Part shown: piece by piece, positions 59,064-64,000 of the stretch
How the letters are laid out: each line of letters starts with the position of its first letter
Numbering within the stretch: the first letter of the stretch is position 1
Assembly: GCA_025451045.1 (NCBI GenBank)
Contig: JANWLD010000001.1
Span: forward strand, 197,812-261,811
From: Candidatus Saccharimonadales bacterium
Lineage (GTDB): Bacteria > Patescibacteriota > Saccharimonadia > Saccharimonadales > 2-12-FULL-41-12
Reading direction: 5' to 3'
DNA: 64,000 nt
Position numbers and translations under genes: made by a program
The notes under the pieces: model-generated
What the model was told of the DNA's origin: nothing
What the model saw: the letters and a program-made list of their open reading frames with translations, nothing else
The model's database searches: none

Positions 59064-59609
59064 ATGGCAAAAAACAAAGATGAGCCGTATAAGGCTCTCG
59101 GCGCAAAAATCAAACACTTAAGAAAACAATGGCACCAAAGCTTAGGTGAAGTTTCCGGCACTCTTGAAATAGACGAGAAAATTCTAAAAGAAATCGAATC
59201 TGGCAAGACTTTGCCGCCGGAAAATATCATGAATATGCTTATCAACCATTTTTTGCTTACTGATGACCAGGCGGATGAACTTAGAGGCCTTGCAACGATT
59301 CAGCGCGAACAAGCGACAGAAGCACTGGTTAACGGTCTTGAAGATATGATAATGAAACAGATAGTTATGTATCTGCCGGTTGAAAACAAGGTCGTTTATA
59401 CAGACAGTATGAACGCTATTGTTAACAAGCATGGCGTGGTACTTCAGTTTCTGCAAAATTCAGCGGACAACGGCTCCAAACCTATTACCGTTAGCCAAGT
59501 TGGTATGAGCCGAGAGCACGCCGAAAAAGTCATAGAAGTACTGACCAAAACGCTCAAAGAACACGATCAAAATCAGAAGCAAAAACTTCTGCCCGATAAA
59601 ACAAATTAG
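59064..59609 (+). CDS. XRE-like HTH protein with DUF3467-like C-terminal domain
   Basis: LG.KIK.LR, EVSG.LEID...L..IE.G..LP; VYTD...VN..GVV.QF, VGMS.EHA. Confidence 0.7.
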   Translation: MAKNKDEPYKALGAKIKHLRKQWHQSLGEVSGTLEIDEKILKEIESGKTLPPENIMNMLINHFLLTDDQADELRGLATIQREQATEALVNGLEDMIMKQIVMYLPVENKVVYTDSMNAIVNKHGVVLQFLQNSADNGSKPITVSQVGMSREHAEKVIEVLTKTLKEHDQNQKQKLLPDKTN

Positions 59610-59665
59610 AGGTGTAAAAATAGTTAAAACAGGGTATAATCCAATCTGTTAATTCTTTTAAGTTT

Positions 59666-59742
59666 GCCCGCGTAGCTCAGCGGATTAGAGCACTGGTCTT
59701 CGGAACCAGGTGTCGGCGGTTCGAATCCGTCCGCGGGTACCA
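59666..59742 (+). tRNA. tRNA-Arg (TCG)
   Basis: CTGGT-CT-TCG-GA-ACCAG, CCA. Confidence 0.96.
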
Positions 59743-59822
59743 CTAACACTTTATTATTATCTAGATTTAATTTGTAAACAATAATACTATTAAATAGATA
59801 ACAAACATAAGCGGACAATCAT

Positions 59823-60323
59823 ATGGAAAACCAAACAATTACACCAAGCCAAAACAGCCAAACCCAACCGGCACCTCAGCCTTCATTATCAAATACTCCG
59901 CCAGAACTACCAGCAAATCCTATCCCAGCTCCTGTAGCGGATTGGAGCACGGGATCCCAGCCCTCAAATGGAAATTTTGGCCGCTTATCTTTACTGTTCA
60001 GCTCGCTTGCGGTCGGAATCTTCATCTTACTTATCTTTGCCACCGGTCTTGTTGACTCGCTATCCAAAGCCTATATATGGTTTTTTATCATTTTAGCTTT
60101 AGGCATTGCCGGGCTGGTACTGGGGTTAATCTCGGAAAAAGGCAAAGACAAGATCAATTTGCTTGGCTTGGTAGGGATAGTTGTTTCAATAATAGTTTGT
60201 ATCAATTGTTTAATCATCGGCTCATATTACATAAAGCTTCAAATGACTCTAAATAGTTTTAAATCCCAATATAACACTTCTAGTTCCTCTGGTGCCTTAG
60301 AGTCGACTTACAGCACACAGTAA
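59823..60323 (+). CDS. hypothetical membrane protein with Pro/Gln-rich N-terminus
   Basis: three TM helices. Confidence 0.7.
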   Translation: MENQTITPSQNSQTQPAPQPSLSNTPPELPANPIPAPVADWSTGSQPSNGNFGRLSLLFSSLAVGIFILLIFATGLVDSLSKAYIWFFIILALGIAGLVLGLISEKGKDKINLLGLVGIVVSIIVCINCLIIGSYYIKLQMTLNSFKSQYNTSSSSGALESTYSTQ

Positions 60324-60364
60324 ATTAAACTGAGTTATATTGTACTGGCGAAGAAATCTTTAAA

Positions 60365-61588
60365 ATGAAGACATTTACTCAAGTAAATCGTGCCGTTGAT
60401 AATTTTGTCGTCGCTTTAGACAGGTCTGCCAGTTATTCTTTGGATAGAATCAAAGATTTGATGGATGAACTGGGGAACCCGCAGGATAACTTTAAGACGG
60501 TTCATATTGCCGGCACTAGCGGCAAGACTTCAACGGCGTATTATGTAGCGGCTATGCTGGAAACTGCCGGGTACAGAACAGGCCTAAGCGTCTCGCCTTA
60601 CGTCGAAGAAGTAAATGAAAGGGTCCAAATAGGCACCAAACCCCTGTCGGAGCCTATTTTTTGCCAGCAGTTCAGCGAATTCTTCAAAATAGTTAAACGC
60701 CTCAGTATTAAACCGACTTATTTTGAACTGTTCGTTGCTTTCGCTTATTGGTATTTTGCCAAAATAAAAGTCGATTACGCAGTAATCGAAGTTGGTTTGG
60801 GCGGCCTGCTGGACGGCACGAATGTAATAGAGCGGCCGGATAAAATATGTGTCATCACTGATATCGGTGTTGACCATACCCATATTTTAGGTAGTACCAT
60901 TAGTGAAATTACCCGGCAAAAAGCCGGTATTATTAAGAACCACAACCCGGTGTTTATGTACCACCAAAATGAAGAGGTGGAACAAGAGATATTCAAGCAA
61001 GCTTTTAGCGAACACGCAGCCGTACATTACGTTAAGCCGCCCAAGCTTTCCGGGTTTGTGCGCCGAAACTGGAATTTAGCAAAAAATGTCTGCGAGTATA
61101 TTTTTAGCAAAGACGAGCGCAAAAATTTGACCGAAGCACAATGGGAAAAAATCGCAGAGATAACCATACCCGGCCGGCTTGAAATATTGAAATTCAAAGG
61201 CAAAACTATTGTCTTGGACGGGGCGCATAATTCACAAAAGATAAGTTCACTAGCTGAAAGTTTCAAAAAGAAATATATAGGCGCAAAGGTCGCAATACTT
61301 TTTGCAATTGGTGAAAATAAAAGCGAGCATCTGCAAGCCATGGCCGATGAGCTTAACAACTTGTCTGATTTTGTAATCGCAACTAATTTTTATAAGGATT
61401 CACAGGTTGAGAAATCATCTGTTGAGCCAGAAATAATCGCTCGGTATTTTGATAAGCAAAAACTATTGATAGAACCGGACCTTAAAAAAGCCGCACAGGC
61501 TTTGCTTAAAAGAAAAGAAGACGTGCTTTTGGTAACCGGTTCACTTTATCTGGTCGGCGCTGTCAAAAAGATACTTAAACAACGTTGA
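60365..61588 (+). CDS. folC: folylpolyglutamate synthase FolC
   Basis: LGNPQ, HIAGTSGK.ST, TYFE, EVGLGG.LD.TNV, DH..ILG, PGR.E, DGAHN, TGSLYLVG. Confidence 0.93.
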   Translation: MKTFTQVNRAVDNFVVALDRSASYSLDRIKDLMDELGNPQDNFKTVHIAGTSGKTSTAYYVAAMLETAGYRTGLSVSPYVEEVNERVQIGTKPLSEPIFCQQFSEFFKIVKRLSIKPTYFELFVAFAYWYFAKIKVDYAVIEVGLGGLLDGTNVIERPDKICVITDIGVDHTHILGSTISEITRQKAGIIKNHNPVFMYHQNEEVEQEIFKQAFSEHAAVHYVKPPKLSGFVRRNWNLAKNVCEYIFSKDERKNLTEAQWEKIAEITIPGRLEILKFKGKTIVLDGAHNSQKISSLAESFKKKYIGAKVAILFAIGENKSEHLQAMADELNNLSDFVIATNFYKDSQVEKSSVEPEIIARYFDKQKLLIEPDLKKAAQALLKRKEDVLLVTGSLYLVGAVKKILKQR

Positions 61589-62078
61589 TTATTTCCTTTT
61601 CGGTAATAATAGTTTGAATTTTTCGGTCGTGTGGTTCGTCAGGGATTTTGTCAATCTCCGAAAAGCTATAAGCTAGCCCGATAGTCTGTTTGCATCTGTT
61701 TTTTGCTAGAAACTTATCGTAATATCCACCGCCATAACCAAGCCGGTAACCGCGCCGGTCGAAGCCGACGACAGGTAATATTACCAAATCATAGACGTTT
61801 CCTTCGGGTATTGTTGGCATCGCTTTTTTCGGGGCTATTTCAATCTGAATATTGGGATAATTCTCTCTAAGAAAACCTATTAGTTTTTTAGTATCAACTT
61901 CATTATGTTCCTTGATTGGCAGATAGATATGGAGTTTATCGATTTCCTGCCAACTTATATATTTACTTAACGTGTTAAGTATTTTTTCCGAATATTTATC
62001 AACTTCTATCGTACTAAGCTTGAGTTTCTTCTCCATCAAGCTTTTCCTTAACATTTTTTTCTCATCAAAGGCTGTCAT
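61575..62078 (-). CDS. ygfA: 5-formyltetrahydrofolate cyclo-ligase
   Basis: K..LRK, EVD, P.VGFD..G.RLGYGGGYYD, P.EPHD. Confidence 0.92.
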   Translation of the reverse strand: MTAFDEKKMLRKSLMEKKLKLSTIEVDKYSEKILNTLSKYISWQEIDKLHIYLPIKEHNEVDTKKLIGFLRENYPNIQIEIAPKKAMPTIPEGNVYDLVILPVVGFDRRGYRLGYGGGYYDKFLAKNRCKQTIGLAYSFSEIDKIPDEPHDRKIQTIITEKEIINVV

Positions 62079-62088
62079 ACAAAATGCT

Positions 62089-62165
62089 TGGAGGGCCAGG
62101 AGGGACTCGAACCCTCGACACCCTGCTTAAGAGGCAGGTGCTCTAACCAGCTGAGCTACTGGCCC
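62089..62165 (-). tRNA. tRNA-Lys (CTT)
   Basis: CCTGC-CT-CTT-AA-GCAGG, CCA. Confidence 0.97.
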
Positions 62166-62277
62166 ATAAAGCCAATGTCTTGGCTTTATGTAGCCACGAA
62201 CGAAGTGTCATTCGTGATAAACAGTATAGGCTTACATGCGCCAACCACAAATACTTGAACTTGCATAGCATAGCAAA

Positions 62278-62751
62278 TCACTTCTTACGTTTCCAGTTTT
62301 CGTAGTGAAATGTGGTGCCGTTTTCGGTCATCGGCTCAGACTTGCTGACTAGCTCGAAGTCCTTTTCATATGGCGGGAAGAATTTGGTGCAGTTGAAGTC
62401 CGCATGGACCAATGTAAAGACCAGCTCATCGGCAAACTGCAAAGTGGAAGTAAACAGTCCCGCGCCGCCGATGTTATTGATAATTTCACCTTCATGCTCT
62501 TTTAAAAAAGCCGGAATATCAATCACCAGCTCAAAGCCGGGCTTTAGCTTCTTATTGCTGCGGCTGGTTACGTAATTAGGCGTCTGGTGCATCGGTTTCT
62601 TGAATTCTAGATATGTAGCGTAACCCATCAAAATAACCCCGTTTTTTGTTTGGTCGACAAAGTATTTCCTATCGGTCGGTAAGTCCCACGGAATGCCTCC
62701 ATCATCAGCTATTCCGCGTTTTTCATCAATTGCGGCCACGAAACGTATCAT
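62278..62751 (-). CDS. folA: dihydrofolate reductase
   Basis: A.DE.RGI, IPW.LP.D, MG..T, IGG, T.V...F.C..FFP; start at MIRF. Confidence 0.9.
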   Translation of the reverse strand: MIRFVAAIDEKRGIADDGGIPWDLPTDRKYFVDQTKNGVILMGYATYLEFKKPMHQTPNYVTSRSNKKLKPGFELVIDIPAFLKEHEGEIINNIGGAGLFTSTLQFADELVFTLVHADFNCTKFFPPYEKDFELVSKSEPMTENGTTFHYENWKRKK

Positions 62752-62842
62752 AAAACCAGCATAGACCAACGCTGCATATACCTGCAAGAAACATAATGCT
62801 TATGTCTTGATTTATTATAAAAAATAGTATATAATTAAAATT

Positions 62843-63463
62843 ATGTTAGTAAATGGCGAGGGTGGCGGAGAAAAGATCAGATCACACATACCTAAATGGT
62901 TAAGAAGAACTGATGTGAAGCCTAAAAAACCAGTTTCGGAAGGGAACACTGAAAAGATTACCCAAGCCAATAAAGAATTAATCCAGCATCTTAAGGCTTC
63001 CAAAGGCACAGCTCCGGAACTTTTACTTGGGCAAACTACTGGTAAACTTGCACTAAACTTTCTTGTCGATATGTCATCGCGCGGTATGCCGGGGGCTGAA
63101 GAAATCTCCATAGGCAAGAATGAATACACAAAAGCTTATATGATAGGCGTCACAGAGTTAAGTGGTCTGCGCACGAATACGGACGAAAGAGGAGAATATT
63201 ATACGGTGTTTGGCGCAAAGGTTTATGCGTGTGAAGACGGACAATTACGCGCGCCAGTTAAAGAAAGTTACGAAAACCATGCTTTTGAACCTTTTTCTTT
63301 CCCCTTTGAGCCGGATCTCCATTCTGACGTGGTCCAGGGCGATTTTGCCAGTGGCCGCATAGAAGCAAGTACTGAAAATGGAAAAGAACGGTTCTATCCC
63401 GTGCCATTAGAGGAAATCCTAGGAAGCATAGCCGCTAATCATTTTTCCGAAGGACTTCAATAG
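62843..63463 (+). CDS. hypothetical protein
   Basis: 206-aa ORF with TATAAT 7 nt before ATG. Confidence 0.65.
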   Translation: MLVNGEGGGEKIRSHIPKWLRRTDVKPKKPVSEGNTEKITQANKELIQHLKASKGTAPELLLGQTTGKLALNFLVDMSSRGMPGAEEISIGKNEYTKAYMIGVTELSGLRTNTDERGEYYTVFGAKVYACEDGQLRAPVKESYENHAFEPFSFPFEPDLHSDVVQGDFASGRIEASTENGKERFYPVPLEEILGSIAANHFSEGLQ

Positions 63464-64000
63464 ATGAGAAACCCGAAATTCCCAGAACATGGACAAGGGG
63501 AAAGATTAAGCGGCCGATATGTTTTGCCCGTTGAACATGAAAGTAAAGAAGCCGATGAAAAGGCTGCCAAAGAAGCTGATCAAACAAGAAAACTGGACGA
63601 AAGGCAGGCACTAACAGCACAGCGTAATCTTCATAATTTTGCCCAGTTGGAAACCGCCGATTTTCCCGGTACTGTAACTTTAGAATTCAACAAATGGGTA
63701 GATAGCAAAATTATCGGGGCCTTTGCATCTAGATGCATGCGTAAACAGGTTAGAAAAACTCATCATGATACTCGTATCATTAGAATGCATACAGATAAAG
63801 GGTATTTTATTCCGGCTAAACAGGAGATAAAAGAAACTGGTGAAAAAAAAGACTCAGACACTGGCTTTGCTTTGACAACAGAAGGATTGGTCTATCGGGT
63901 AGCACACTGGAGCAAAGACCGAAATTGTGCCGAAATCGATGAAACCGGGCTAATTCCTAATCGAAGGGCATATAAAAATGTTGGGCACAATCTCGCGGAC
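63464..64000 (+). CDS. hypothetical protein, 3'-truncated by window edge
   Basis: ATG immediately after previous stop; frame open for 179 codons (MRNPKFPEHGQGERL...). Confidence 0.6.
   Translation, partial: MRNPKFPEHGQGERLSGRYVLPVEHESKEADEKAAKEADQTRKLDERQALTAQRNLHNFAQLETADFPGTVTLEFNKWVDSKIIGAFASRCMRKQVRKTHHDTRIIRMHTDKGYFIPAKQEIKETGEKKDSDTGFALTTEGLVYRVAHWSKDRNCAEIDETGLIPNRRAYKNVGHNLAD

Noticed and set aside
63464..63474. ATGAGAAACCC as a third copy of the ftsH/murA repeat
   Set aside because: No complementary arm or second hairpin; it is the start of a CDS.
426..63620. Numerous short ORFs antisense to or nested in conserved genes
   Set aside because: Shadow ORFs without motifs or initiation signals.
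1..64000. CRISPR array, prophage, integrase/transposase, rRNA, alternative genetic code
   Set aside because: No regularly spaced repeats or mobile-element proteins seen; TAA, TAG and TGA all end conserved genes at expected positions.

Overview
Gene-dense window of chromosomal core from a small-genome bacterium, most likely Candidatus Saccharibacteria (TM7, Patescibacteria/CPR). This is inferred from the shortened HrcA, GrpE and TsaB, a monoderm-type pilBC-pilin-pilMNO locus without pilQ, HTH-fused MurA, a membrane-anchored Clp ATPase, tRNA-Arg(UCG) and many leaderless-looking genes; no database search was possible. It holds tilS-ftsH-murJ-lepA-gmk, the hrcA-grpE-dnaK-(VKOR)-dnaJ heat-shock operon with two CIRCE operators, a RimB/RimK-like pair, yebC-ruvCAB, a type IV pilus cluster, recA/recX, tsaEB-rny, an archaeal-type PEP carboxylase plus aminotransferase next to a Glu/Leu/Phe/Val dehydrogenase, murA/murB, folate genes (glyA, folC, ygfA, folA), eight tRNAs and several ORFans. 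I saw no prophage, CRISPR array, rRNA or transposase. The most interesting signals are non-coding or unannotated: (i) a two-hairpin element present twice with compensatory changes, downstream of ftsH and murA; (ii) a 95-bp Y-shaped palindromic insertion with a TGAA duplication that rebuilt the recX start; (iii) a long hairpin flanked by a 14-bp duplication at the dnaK CIRCE; (iv) a rod-shaped 6S-like RNA upstream of rny; (v) structured leaders abutting three tRNAs and a shared tRNA-promoter motif; (vi) two small ORFs missed by the ORF track.
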